Origin: Eledone cirrhosa
Lineage: Eukaryota
NCBI GenBank assembly: GCA_964016885.1
Contig: OZ024759.1
Span: forward strand, 32,240,001 to 32,304,000
Length of the DNA stretch: 64,000 nucleotides
Direction of reading: 5' to 3'
The notes beneath the pieces are model-generated. The model saw nothing but the letters and a program-made list of their open reading frames with translations. It was not told the origin of the DNA and did not search any database. This document shows, one piece after another, positions 12,640 through 27,033 of this stretch. Both the position numbers and the translations under genes were made by a program. Within the stretch, counting starts at the first letter, position 1; each line of letters opens with the position of its first letter.

Positions 12640-12774
12640 CACGATAAATTAACGGAGGCATAGGCCGTCGTTATTCCCTGTAAATAATGTACTCAAAGGG
12701 GAAGAGATCCTGAGCCCTTTAGAATATAATATGTTGAGAAGTGTTACCTTCTCAACATATTATATATATATATA

Positions 12775-12847
<73 letters not shown>

Positions 12848-12850
<3 letters not shown>

Positions 12851-12903
12851 AACCAGTAAGACCCCGACAGCTGAGCTCAAGCCGTTTCGACGGCTAATTC
12901 TGC
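12848..12903 (-). mobile_element. Family A single arm between (TA)n tracts
   Basis: GACCCCGACAGCTGAGCTCAAGCCGTTTCGACGGCTAATTCTG. Confidence 0.8.
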
Positions 12904-12988
<85 letters not shown>

Positions 12989-13078
12989 TTATATATATAT
13001 ATATATATATAAAAGGTAAACAGAAATAACAACACAATCGGTAGATTTTATATATATTTATATATATATAATGCATGC

Positions 13079-13132
<54 letters not shown>

Positions 13133-13407
13133 GTGTGTGTGTGTATACATGTATCTATGTATCTGTGTATTCCAGCATATGAACCTATACGTTTATCAGT
13201 ATGCACGTGTGTCTATCTTACATATACAGAATGTGATTTACTGTTAATCTGACATTTTATGCGTCTTTGTAAATATTTTATCATTGTAACATATTGCACA
13301 TATAGAAGTCATTATAGAAATGCACCGCCGGGAGCGTGACAGCAAATATGCATGCACTACCTCTACATACACACACATGGATATATGAGTGTGTATTTGT
13401 GCATGTG

Positions 13408-13512
<105 letters not shown>

Positions 13513-13533
13513 ATTTATGTAGGTATTCATATA

Positions 13534-13587
<54 letters not shown>

Positions 13588-13591
<4 letters not shown>

Positions 13592-13797
13592 AACCAGTAA
13601 GACCCCGACGGCTGAGCTCAAGCCGTTTCGATGGCTAATTCTGGACGGAATTAGTCCAGAATTAGCCGTCGAAACGGCTTGAGCTCAGCCGTCGGGGTCT
13701 TACTGGTTTACTGGTTCCTATTACCCACTCTACTACCCCAAGTATTGAGTACTTTGGTGCGTTATGGTCCACCTGGTTCCTTACCACATTTCCTTCG

Positions 13798-13800
<3 letters not shown>
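13588..13800 (+). mobile_element. Family A fold-back element with tail
   Basis: Arms around loop GGAATTA; tail as in 116-207; TA flanks. Confidence 0.85.
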
Positions 13801-13828
<28 letters not shown>

Positions 13829-13833
<5 letters not shown>

Positions 13834-14034
13834 GTGGTTACACAACAGGAAGTTCACCATACCGAGAACAATTGTTTCACCCTAGCGGATCCTCAGCTCG
13901 TAATCAGGAACATCCGGTAAGGTGAAACAATTGTTCTCGGTATGGTGAACTAACTGTTGTGTAACCACTTCTACATAACTCGTCCCATGGACTGAGTGCT
14001 CTGCCACTACGGACATTACTTTCCAGTGTTCTAC

Positions 14035-14040
<6 letters not shown>
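13829..14040 (+). mobile_element. Family B fold-back element with tail
   Basis: Arms ~13829-13882/13920-13973; GAAACAATTGTT; second copy at 40213-40510. Confidence 0.75.
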
Positions 14041-14118
<78 letters not shown>

Positions 14119-14320
14119 GGAAATCAGCAAAATCGAATCTCTGGCGGTTTGCAAGTGAATTCGGCCTACTTATATGAAATGATGAGTTAGCAAAGCACTC
14201 GATAAGATAGGACCTTAGAGTAATAACATACGTTTAAATAGCTTAACAAATCGAGCATTGTGGTAGGCTAAACTAACACACAATATATACCAGAGCAACG
14301 ATAGAACTAATCAGGTTGAG

Positions 14321-14377
<57 letters not shown>

Positions 14378-14503
14378 CAAAGGGATATTTAATTTGTTGA
14401 TAATTCAACAAATATATATATTTATAACTGATTCGAAGCACTCAACAAGTTTTCTGGAATATAATAGCAATGATATTAATAACTATCTTTATAAAACCAT
14501 ATT

Positions 14504-14564
14504 TATTCTATTATATATATTACAAGGGTACCAAACCTTTGGTACGCACTCATCAGATAAAATA
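14504..14564 (-). ncRNA. Type I hammerhead motif, family D, probably inactive (GTAA for GAAA)
   Basis: TATTTTAT-CTGATGA-GTGCGTACCAAAGGTTTGGTACCCTT-GTAA-TATATA-TA-ATAGAATA. Confidence 0.6.
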
Positions 14565-14647
14565 CAAAGTTTGTTTTTTAAATATTGACATATCCAGGAA
14601 CGAGATCTTAACTACTACGGATATAACCCCGAAAGTTCTACTATTAC

Positions 14648-14704
<57 letters not shown>

Positions 14705-14985
14705 CAAAAAGTATGACCCCGACGGCAGAGCTCAAGCCGTTTCGGTGGGGTGTGTGTTTATTATTGCTCAGCTATATGCATACACATCCACACACTCATT
14801 TATATATGCACATATATATATGTGTGTGTGTGTGTATATGTGTGTATACTTATATTTATATTTATATATAGACTTTTAGTATGCACATGTCACGTGAACA
14901 AGTTTTCATAAAATTTTTGCGCCCTTATTTGGAAATCCATTCTGTACCCTTTTTAGAGAATTTTATGATAAGTAAAAGATAATGG

Positions 14986-15052
<67 letters not shown>

Positions 15053-15056
<4 letters not shown>

Positions 15057-15251
15057 AGTAAGTAAGACCCCGACGGCTGAGCTCAAGCCGTTTCGACGGC
15101 TAATTCTGTACTCAGTACAGAATTAGCCGTCGAAACGGCTTGAGCTCAGCCGTCGGGGTCTTACTTACTCCTATTACCCACTCTACTACCCTAAGTATTG
15201 AGTACTTTGGTGCGTTATGGTCCACCTGGTTCCTTACCACTTTTCATTCGC

Positions 15252-15253
<2 letters not shown>
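15053..15253 (+). mobile_element. Family A fold-back element with tail
   Basis: Perfect arms around a single C (CTGTACT-C-AGTACAG). Confidence 0.85.
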
Positions 15254-15283
<30 letters not shown>

Positions 15284-15303
15284 TGTGTATGTGTGTGTGT
15301 GTG

Positions 15304-15342
<39 letters not shown>

Positions 15343-16073
15343 ACATACAATGACACACATACCTATGTATGTATTTAATATTCATTATTACATAATGTTG
15401 AAACAATAAAGACATGGTATCATTACCCATATCCTTCCTTCCAATCCCCATTTCTCTTATTTCCATCTACATCATTTATTCTTCGCTTTTATGTGATCAT
15501 TTCTAAGTGTTTCCTCTTAATGGCTGCCATATTGAATTTGTGAGTGTAATGAGCTACGAATTTTCACAAGTCAACAACATAATTTCTCTAACACCTCAAA
15601 CATGTCAAAATCTTCCGCCATTTTCTTTTTTCTCTTCCTACCACCTTTCGTCCGTTCGTTCGTTCAATCATTTCAGTCCTTTTTTCCTTTCTTTCTTCTG
15701 TCTTTCCTTCCTTCCTTCCTTCCTTCCTTCCTTCCTTCCTTCCTTCCTTCCGTCCTTCCTTTCATTCTTCTGTATTTATTGGTTTGTTTATTTATGTATT
15801 CATTTATTTGTTTCCGTCTTTTAAACTAAAACAAACATACATACAAACATAGATACATATATACACACAAACATACATACAAACATACATACATATATAC
15901 ACACAAACATACATACAAACATACATACATATATACACACAAGATTTATTTGTTGATGGTTTTATTACTTACCATCCGTCTCATTAATTATGTGTATACA
16001 CACACAGTATATATATATACACAAATATATATATATATACACAAATATATATATATATAAATATATATATATA

Positions 16074-16129
<56 letters not shown>

Positions 16130-16208
16130 TGTGTGTGTGTGTGTATGTGTGTCTGCTTTTATATATATATATATATATATACACAAATATATATATATAT
16201 ACACAAAT

Positions 16209-16280
<72 letters not shown>

Positions 16281-16488
16281 TCTGAAGAGATTGTTTCGGT
16301 AAAACAGGAAAAAGCAGGAGAAACCTTTCTCATAACAACAACAAATGCATGAATTACATCTTACTTGTTATGAATAAACGGTTTACGCAACATCACCATC
16401 TTTCTTGATGTTTATATAAATATATATATACATATATACGTATATATATATATATATACGTATATATGTATATATGTATATATATATA

Positions 16489-16520
<32 letters not shown>

Positions 16521-16734
16521 TCGGTTCTGAATTTGTTGGCAACATGACCCTCCCAAAGTATAACAATATATATATATATATATATATACATATATACGTA
16601 TATATATATATATATATATATATATACGTATATATGTATATAAATATATATATATACATATATACGTATATATATATACGTATATATGTATATATACATA
16701 TATACGTATATATATATATATATACGTATATATG

Positions 16735-16818
<84 letters not shown>

Positions 16819-16906
16819 TAAGTATATATATATATATACGTATATATGTATATAAACATATATATTATACATATATACGTATATATATATATATATATAT
16901 ATATAC

Positions 16907-16966
<60 letters not shown>

Positions 16967-17024
16967 GTATATATGTATATAAACATATATATTATACATA
17001 TATACGTATATATATATATACGTA

Positions 17025-17122
<98 letters not shown>

Positions 17123-17409
17123 TATATATATATAGCATGCAATTACATTTAATTTGTATTCAAAATTAACAATGGAAACGACAGCAACAACAACACCATC
17201 CAAACACACACACATAGGCCGCTCATACACGCAGGTACTCTCTCTCTCTCTCATTCACACACACATACACATGCCACACACACATAGCGTGAGAGAGAGA
17301 GACAGACAGACAGACAATCAATCAGCCATAGATTGTAATTAGACTCCAACGATGTCAGAGTTATTCTTAAATCGATGCTGACACTGTGAAGTGACTTCGA
17401 AACGTTTTG

Positions 17410-18997
17410 CTACACAGTAAAACTTTATTGTACACTACACAGTACACACTACACAGTACACAGTACACAGTACACAGTAAAACTACATTACACAGTACAA
17501 CTTTATTACACACTACACGGTAAAACTATATTACACAGTACACAGGACAACTATATTACACAGTACACAGTAAAACTTTATTACATACTACACAGTACAC
17601 AGTAAAACTTTATTACACGCTACACAGTAAAACTATATTACACAGTACACAGTAAAACTATATTACACAGTACACATTACACTGTAAAACTATATTACAT
17701 AGTACATAGTACACAGTGAAACTATATTACACAGTACACAGTACACAGTAAAACTATATTACACAGTACACATTACACTGTAAAACTATATTACATAGTA
17801 CATAGTACACAGTGAAACTATATTACATAGTACACAGTACACAGTAAAACTATATTACATAGTACATAGTACACAGTATACAGTAAAACTATATTACATA
17901 GTACATAGTACATAGTACACAGTACACAGTAAAACTATATTACATAGTACACTTTACAACTATATTACATCGTACATAGTACACAGTAAAACTATATTAC
18001 ATAGTACACAGTACATAGTAAAACTATATTACATAGTACATAGTATACAGTAAAACTATATTACATAGTACACAGTACAGCTATATTACATAGTACATAG
18101 TACAACTATATTACATAGTACACAGTACAACTATATTACATAGTTCACATTATACAGTAAAACTATATTACATAGTACATAGTATACAGTAAAACTATAT
18201 TACGTAATACACAGTACACAGTACAACTATATTACATAGTACACAGTACACAGTAAAACTATATTACATAGTACACAGTACACAGTAAAACTATATTACA
18301 TAGTACACAGTACACAGTAAAACTATATTACATAGTACACAGTACACAGTACACAGTACACCGTAAAACTATATTACACAGTACACAGTACACAGTACAC
18401 CGTAAAACTATATTACACAGTACACAGTACACAGTACACCGTAAAACTATATTACACAGTACACAGTACACAGTTGAACTATATTACATAGTACACAGTA
18501 CACAGTACACAATAAAACTATATTACATAGTACACAATACACAATACACAGTACACAGTAAAACTATATTACATAGTACACAGTACACAGTACACAGTAA
18601 AACTATATTACATAGTACACAGTACACAGTACACAATAAAACTATATTACACAGTACACAGTACACAGTAAAACTATATTACATAGTACACAGTACACAG
18701 TACACAATAAAACTATATTACATAGTACACAGTACACAGTAAAACTATATTACAGAGTACACAGTACACAGTAAAACTATATTACATAGTACACAGTACA
18801 TAGTACACAGTACACAGTATACAGTAAAACTATATTACATAGTACACAGTACATAGTACACAGTACACAGTAAAACTATATTACATAGTACACAGTATAC
18901 AGTACACAGAAAAACTATATTACATAGTACACAGTACACAGTACACAGTAAAACTATATTACATAGTACACAGTACACAGTAAAACTATATTACATA
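17410..18997. repeat. Compound minisatellite of ACACAGT/ACATAGT heptamers punctuated by AAAACTATATT
   Basis: Direct reading, ~1.6 kb. Confidence 0.95.
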
Positions 18998-19024
18998 TAT
19001 AGCATATGTTTACATCTCTTTACG

Positions 19025-19176
19025 TTTAAATCTCTCCGTGGTTAGCTTTGCCTTTCATCTTTACAGAGGGGTCGATGGTCGATAAAATAAAATACCAGTA
19101 ACACACTGGGGCTGATTTAACCGACGCCCCCTCTCCACCCCAAATTGCTGGTCTTGAGCCTAAATCAGAAACCATT
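19025..19176 (+). mobile_element. SINE 3' part, variant subfamily
   Basis: Core CTTTGCCTTTCATC...GTCGATAAAATAAAATACCAGT. Confidence 0.7.
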
Positions 19177-19349
19177 CCAGTGTAAGAGGCAATAGTTCTG
19201 ACGTCAGACTGCGTCACAACACTAGTAGTTACTAACATAATTATTCACGTAGCAACAGTAATCATTCTGTTTATGTATCTTAATAGCTTCGTCTTACTTT
19301 TACCCGCGTTAAGGTGAGGGCGGGGAGTTGTATTCTCTAGACTTGTCTG

Positions 19350-19394
19350 ATGTATGACATGTCTCTCTATATATATGATATGTCTCTCTCTCTC

Positions 19395-19428
<34 letters not shown>

Positions 19429-20181
19429 GATGTCTCTCTCTCTAGGATATCTCAATCTCTTTATATTATATGTCTCTCTCTATAAATGATATGTCTATAT
19501 ATATGACATGTCTCTATCTATATATGACATGCTTCTTTCTATATATATGATATGACTCTCTAAATATGACATGTCTCACTATATATATATGACATGTCTC
19601 TCTATATATATATGACATGTCTCTCTTTATATATATGACATGTCTCTCTCTATAAATATGACATGTCTCTCTCTATATATATGTCATGTCTCTCTCTATA
19701 TATATGACATGTCTTTCTCTATATATATGATATGTCTCTCTATATATATATGACATGTCTCTCTCTCTCTCTATATATATATATGATATGTCTCTCTCTA
19801 TATATATGACATATCTCTCTCTATATATATGCCATGTCTTTCTCTATATATATGACATGTCCCTCTATATATATGACATGTCTCTCTCTATATATATGAC
19901 ATGTCTTTCTCTATATATATGACATGTCTCTCCCTATATATATGACATGTCTCTCTATATATATATATGATATGTCTCTCTATATATATGATATGTCTCT
20001 CTATCTCTATATATATGACATGTCTCTCTCTATATATGATATGTCTTTCTCTATATATATGACATGTCTCTTCCTTTAAATCTTTCTCTCCTCATACACG
20101 AGGTCTCTCTCTCTCTCCTCATACACGAGGTCTCTCTCTCTCTCTCTCTCTTTATATCTGATATATGTAACTCTCTCTCAT

Positions 20182-20212
<31 letters not shown>

Positions 20213-20469
20213 CTCTCTTTCTCTCTCCTCATACCTGATGTCTATCTCTCTCTCTTTCTCCCTCTCTCTCTTTCTCCCTCTCTCTCATTCTCTCTCCGTC
20301 TCCTCATACTTGATGTCTCTCTCTCGCTTTCTCACTCTCTCTTACTCCCTCTCTTCCTCTCCCTCTCTCCTCATACCTGATGTCTCTCTCTCTCCCTTTC
20401 TCTCTCTCTCTCATTCTCTCTCTTTCTCTCTCTCTTCATACCTGATGTATCACTCTCTCTTCATACCTG

Positions 20470-20509
<40 letters not shown>

Positions 20510-20513
20510 CCTG

Positions 20514-20547
<34 letters not shown>

Positions 20548-20620
20548 ATACCTGATGTCTCTCTCTCTCTCTCTCTCTTCATACCTGATGTATCTCTCTC
20601 TCCTCATATTTGATGTCTGA
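19350..20620. repeat. Minisatellite ATATGACATGTCTCTCT grading into CTCATACCTGATGTCTCTC units
   Basis: Direct reading. Confidence 0.9.
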
Positions 20621-21029
20621 AACTGTTTTAGTTAAGTTAACCTCGCCGTCCTCCTCGCCACTAAAAATATTCATTGGTTTACAGTTAAACTCACAAATCA
20701 CAAACTATGAATAAATGACTTACGTCCCTTTGATCACAAACAAAATTACTAATATATACATTGATTTATATCTATCGATAGAATAACCAGCCATTTCTCT
20801 ACAATTTATAGCCAAGCGTCTTTAACTCTTTCGTTACCATATTTTTAATGAAAGACTGTCTGTAATGAAAAAAAAAGTTGAAAGGATTTAGTAATACAAC
20901 TGAATTTCTCATTATTAAGTTAGTGTTATGGTTATAACTTAACAACGGTTCTTCCATAGAATAATGGTGGAAGTTTTTAGATAAATATAAATACTTTAAC
21001 CCTTTTGTTAACATATTTCTAATGAAAGA

Positions 21030-21377
21030 TTCTTCTTCTTCTTCTTCTTCTTCTTCTTCTTCTTCTTCTTCTTCTTCTTCTTCTTCTTCTTCTTCTTCTT
21101 CTTCTTCTTCTTCTTCTTCTTCTTCTTCTTCTTCTTCTTCTTCTTCTTCTTCTTCTTCTTCTTCTTCTTCTTCTTCTTCTTCTTGAGAGGGTCGTAGAGA
21201 CAGAGTCCTCAAACACTCCTTCTAGCTGGGTCCTGTCAGAAGCAACCGTCTACAACTGAGACCAGCCAAGCTCATGGATGTTATCCAACCATCTTACTCA
21301 GGGTCTACCCCCTGGGTCTCCTGATTGTTGGTTTTACCCGTAAAATCTGTCTAGCGAGACATTCTAACCACATGTCC
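21030..21377 (-). mobile_element. 5'-truncated RTE-clade LINE with (GAA)n tail and 9-bp target-site duplication
   Basis: AATGAAAGA at 21021-21029 and 21378-21386; degraded GHVVRM..RRPRG.RP..W..ASDR peptide; (TTC)n 21030-21184. Confidence 0.8.
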
Positions 21378-22509
21378 AATGAAAGACACTGCCTATAATG
21401 TTCAAATCAATTTGAAAATAATCAAGTATTTAAAGAGATTTGATATGACTAATTTTCTTTTTATTAAGCTGGTGTTTGGAACATAACATAACAATGTAAT
21501 GCAGTGAAAGGCTTTTAGATAAATATAAACACTTTAAAACAAACAAGTGTGTATCGTAGAACCAAGAGCAGTTTTATTTAAAATTTTGGCAACGTTTTGA
21601 GATTCGGTTGCTTTTTCTAACAGGCCAAGTCAACAGTACCACTGACCTGATGAATGGACGGACTACACCGATCACCATACCACTTCTTATTTAAAATTTT
21701 GGCAGTGTTTCTAGTCAATAAAAATCTATAATTGTTAACCATCGAATTTGAAAAATACGTCGTTGAAATGGTTTCAACCGGTTCCCTGTGACTAATCTAA
21801 CTTTCTGAAACCAAAAGAAAAGTATATGATGTGTTTGCAAATGGCTGCCTTTAGCAGTTTATCCGTTGACAAACTCAGACCATTTTGAACGCGCTTTTTG
21901 TATTTTTTTTTTTTCCATTTAAGCTAGAATTTATTTACAAGATTCTAATTCGAATTAGAAGTTTCTAACGAGATGTTTAGCACGTCAGTGTCTAAAGGCT
22001 TTCTACAATAACGGCGTGAACAACAAGTGTTAGAAAGATATTAAACCAGTCAGTGTGTGAAACAAGAACGTGATAATTCCGCTGTATAAGAAGTCTGATA
22101 AGAGTGGCCACAGCAAAACACCGCGAAGGCCAATGAACGGACAAATCAACTTGAGACAGCTAGAAGCTATAGTATTAACCAAGAAATAGATAGAGATAAT
22201 AGAAGCGTGGCAGTATCAACAAAAGATCAATTTTAGTAGGGGACCAGCGAAATATTTGGGTATTAGTGTAAAGACTGAGTTTTAATGTAATGTAGCCAAT
22301 GTGGTTTGTTAATTCAATTGTTTATGGTATCTTTGCATGCATGGTCTCGTCACTCCTGGGGGAGTAGTTAGGGCGCCGAATCGACATACCTCTTGTCTAG
22401 GGCATTTAAAAATAACTACCTGGTGGAATCCATCCCTCTCTAGGTGGGAATAAAGCAGATTTCTTCCAGTGGCGGATAGAGACAGTGAGAGAATGGAAGT
22501 GAGAAAGAG

Positions 22510-22656
22510 ATATTGACCCCAGAACTTGACTGGTACTTTTTTATCGACCTCACAAAGTTGACTTCGGCAAGAATTGAACTCACAACGCAGAGAGCTGAAA
22601 CGACTACCGTAAAACATTCTATCCGATGTTCTAACGACTCTGCCAATTCGCCGCCT
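22510..22656 (-). mobile_element. Older tRNA-derived SINE copy
   Basis: GGCGGCGAATTGGCAGAGTCGTTAG head, GAGTTCAATTC box B, partial core. Confidence 0.7.
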
Positions 22657-22749
22657 ATCCTTCACAAATAAAAGGGTAAGAGGTAAAAACTTCCTTCGGT
22701 CATGAAGGACCATGGGATTTTCACCTAGAAAGTGCCCCTCCGTGGTACA

Positions 22750-22900
22750 AGGGTGGGCAACTCATTTCTACAGCTGAGTAAACTGGAGCAACGTGAAATA
22801 AAGTGTCTTGCTCAAGGACACAACACATCACCTGGTCCGGAAATCGAACTCACAACTTTACAATTGCAAGCCCAACACTCTAACTACTAAGCCACGCGCG
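22750..22900 (-). mobile_element. Second tRNA-derived SINE family (CORE/V-like domain)
   Basis: GTGGCTTAGTAGTTAG head, GAGTTCGATTTCC box B, GTGTCCTTGAGCAAGACACT. Confidence 0.65.
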
Positions 22901-23235
22901 TTCATTCTTTACAATTAGGCACTGATAAAACCAATTATCAACAATTTTCTTTCATATTTGACTAATAAACCATCCAGACTTTACATTTAGTAACTACTAA
23001 AACATTCAGTTTTAATTCATTGCCGATTATTTCCGATTGTTGCCGATGTTTTCATTTATTTATTTCACTTGCGTAATACTTAAGATTACCTACTAAGTTG
23101 CTGATCCGTGCTAATTATATTACAAATTGATATAACTCGCCAATTGGCCAGGTTCGTAGTGTCTTTACTAGTAGACAAATTGTTGTATTTGTAATATTTC
23201 AGTAAAGACGTTAATGTTTAATGTAATTCACTGTA

Positions 23236-23885
23236 TGTGTATATATATACATACTACTGTACGTCTGTATACATATATACATACTACTGTACGTCTGTAT
23301 ATATATATACATACTACTGTACGTCTGTATATATATATACATACTACTGTACGTCTGTATACATATATGTATGTACGTGTACATACTTATATTTAAGTAA
23401 CAGCCGTACTAAGAGTGAGAAATGAAATTTCGTTTCATTTTTTCCATTTATCGTTTTCGGTGCGCCCGGCCGATTAACTCACTCGATATGCAAATTAGGC
23501 TGCTCAGTTGTTAATATACATAAGGAAAGTATATACTTTCAGACGTTCAATCATCTGGCAGGAAGGTATACGGTGCTGACGATAGCTAATAAACTTGAAA
23601 CTAGTACAGCCTTCCTTTGTCAGTGTTGAACAAATGAGCAACGATGGTTGCTAGACACTGTACGGCTTAATTCGGGATGTTTGTTTACAAACACAACGAG
23701 CATTATAATAAATGTTCGGTAAATCCATACGTACATATATATATGTGTGCATGTATGTATGTATATATATATATATATATATACTACTGTACGTCTGTAT
23801 ACATATATGTATGTACGTATACATACTTATATTTAAGTAACAGCCGTACTAAGAGTGAGAAATGAAATTTCGTTTCATTTTTTCC
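23236..23885. repeat. 30-bp tandem repeat x4 and a ~115-bp direct duplication (23330-23446/23770-23886)
   Basis: ATACTACTGTACGTCTGTAT units; duplicated TAAGTAACAGCCGTACTAAGAGTGAGAAATG. Confidence 0.85.
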
Positions 23886-24084
23886 ACTCATATTGTTGTT
23901 ACCAAGAATGTTTTGTTAATGAAGTTTCAGAGTGTTGCGAAAATAAATTTTTAATTATAGTAAAGGCTTTAATTTTTAATGTGATGTAGTCGTTCTCGTA
24001 TGTCTGCCATCTTCTATTCATAAAGACGAAGATTTAAAAATGCACCACTACTATTGCTACGATGGCTTGGCTCTCTCTCCTCCC

Positions 24085-24115
<31 letters not shown>

Positions 24116-24229
24116 ATTTCTATCTCACACACATTCTCTCTCTCTATCTCACACACATTCCCTCTCTCTCTCTATTTTTATCTCACACACATTCTTTCTC
24201 TCTCTCTCTTTCTATTTCTATCTCACACA

Positions 24230-24317
<88 letters not shown>

Positions 24318-24387
24318 ATACATATATTTCTATCTCACACACATTCTCTCTCTCTCTTTCTCTCTCTTTCTATTTCTATCTCACAGA

Positions 24388-24479
<92 letters not shown>

Positions 24480-25019
24480 CTAACTATCTATCTATATCTG
24501 CTACTATCACACTCATTCTATCTCACTCTCTGTCTCTATCTCCTCTCCCTCTCACTATCTAACTCATTCTATCTCTGTCTGTGTCTCTCTCCCTCTCTCT
24601 TTCTCTCTCTCTCTATCTCTCTAACACACACACACACACACACACACACTCATACACTATATTACTCAATCTGTCTCTGTTGCTATCTCACACGCACTCT
24701 TATTTAACCCCTTTCCATGTCGTAACAGACGTTTTACGACACAGATACTACAGCTTCAATATAATATAATAGATAGATATGTCTAACGTCAGTCAATTCC
24801 TGGCAAATTTTATGACTGCGCCATCGGCCATATGAGTTGGCTTTCATTACATGAGAGGGTGTAAATTAGAGATAAAATGTTATAGTTTATAGTCCCTGCT
24901 TCTTTAATAAAGTTGGGCCCTCTATAATTCTGCGTTTATTGTTTTCTATCTTTCTCTCTCTCGTTCTCTCTCTCTTTCTGTCCCTTTCTTTCTCTTTTCT
25001 CCCTCTCTCTTTATATATG

Positions 25020-25060
<41 letters not shown>

Positions 25061-25061
<1 letters not shown>

Positions 25062-25193
25062 TAAATATTCAATATAGAAAGACTTCCACAAGACCAGAAC
25101 CGCCCCACCCAGGAGAAATCAACAGGAAGCCGGCTTCCTGACGATTTCTCCCGGTTCTGGTCCTGTGGAGGCCTTTCTATATTGAATATTTAT
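25061..25193. mobile_element. Diverged family C-related fold-back element
   Basis: Zero-spacer palindrome centred on GAAGCC|GGCTTC; aligns to 38801-38870. Confidence 0.7.
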
Positions 25194-25773
25194 ACTTGGC
25201 ACAATTCTCAAGCAGAATATGTGGTACGCAAAGTTATATTGTGGTTATAGTAACTGCTTTTAAAATATCCCCCCTCATCCTCATCCTCATGTAAATACAT
25301 CATAGCAATGCCATCATTAATTAAGATTATACTAGCTGAATAAAGGGTTATTTTCTTGTTGCTGTTTTATGTGAAAGTTAATAATAACAATTTATAGTAA
25401 CGTGCTCCTTTTTCACCAGTGTCTAGAAGTGACTAAAACAAACCCTGTTCTCCTGTTTTTTAAGTCATGCCACTGTCTGTTTTCATGGGGTGTCATTGTT
25501 CAGTCAATTATAGTCAACTGTTCAGCGAATCCATTAACATATGAAATTGCTTTGTCGACGAAGCTCTCAATACAATAATTATCATTGATTCTGATTGGCC
25601 TAGTTGGTCTGTTGCCTATAGACCGCTTCCTTTATTCACTAAATATAGTCTGAAGGAGCTGATGGACATTATCATTATTATGCATTCGTGAAACTCAGAG
25701 TAGTAACGGAGTAAATGATAGTCATCAACTATCGTGGCTTCTACTATGTGTATATATATATATATATATATAT

Positions 25774-25821
<48 letters not shown>

Positions 25822-26200
25822 TAGTGGTGGTGGTTGTTTTTGGTAATTTACTAAATTAAATCGGTGCAGTCAAGTGCAATAGTCTAATTGTTGCAGACGA
25901 GTTCTTTTGTTCTATTTTTTTTCATATAATTTTCACTCAAACAATGAAGCGAAAATATATTTTTTTTAAAAATAACAACAACATATAAATACAGCCGTAG
26001 AAAAATATATAAAAATCCAGTCACAGAAAAATATATATAAATATTGACATAATAAAATATATACAAATATAATCATAGAAAAAAATATATTTATACATAT
26101 TGACATAGAGAATTATATATATGTATATATATGGCTATATATATACATATATTTATATGTACATATAGATATATAGACATGAACTTATATACATATATTT

Positions 26201-26241
<41 letters not shown>

Positions 26242-26333
26242 CATATATATACATATATATATATACATATATATATACAAACACATTTCTGTGACTATAT
26301 TTGTATATATATATGTATGTATATATGTGTGTG

Positions 26334-26365
<32 letters not shown>

Positions 26366-26508
26366 TATTGTTATACTTGGGGAGGGTCATATGTATGAAT
26401 ATATGTATATATGTATAAATATATGTATATATGTTCATGTCTATATATCTATATGTACATATAAATATATGTATATATATATCCATATATATACACATAC
26501 ATGCATGC

Positions 26509-26549
<41 letters not shown>

Positions 26550-26661
26550 CATATATATATTGATATAGCAAAATATTTACAAATATAATCGACGAAAAAA
26601 AAATTGACACAGGAAAATATATCGAAATACAATCATAGAAATATATACAATAATACACGTA

Positions 26662-26719
<58 letters not shown>

Positions 26720-26810
26720 TGCCAATACAATTATAATGAAGGGAATCTGAAATGTGCTGAAGAAGATGAACTTAGCTGAAAAGAATTAATGAACTATGCA
26801 TGACTCTACT

Positions 26811-26922
<112 letters not shown>

Positions 26923-26968
26923 TATTCAATATATTAATAAATGGAAACTATATTTATAAAAGCATAAT

Positions 26969-27033
26969 TATTTTATTATATATATTTCAAGAGCAACCAA
27001 GGCAATTTTGGTGCGCTTTCATCAGATAAAATA
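26969..27033 (-). ncRNA. Type I hammerhead ribozyme, family D
   Basis: TATTTTAT-CTGATGA-AAGCGCACCAA..TTGGTTGCTCTT-GAAA-TATATA-TA-ATAAAATA; 8-bp stem I. Confidence 0.75.

Noticed and set aside
17376-17410. Hammerhead-like CTGTGAAGTGACTTCGAAACGTT (similar weak hits near 14180, 16283, 26757, 29895)
   Set aside because: Core incomplete or no stem I pairing
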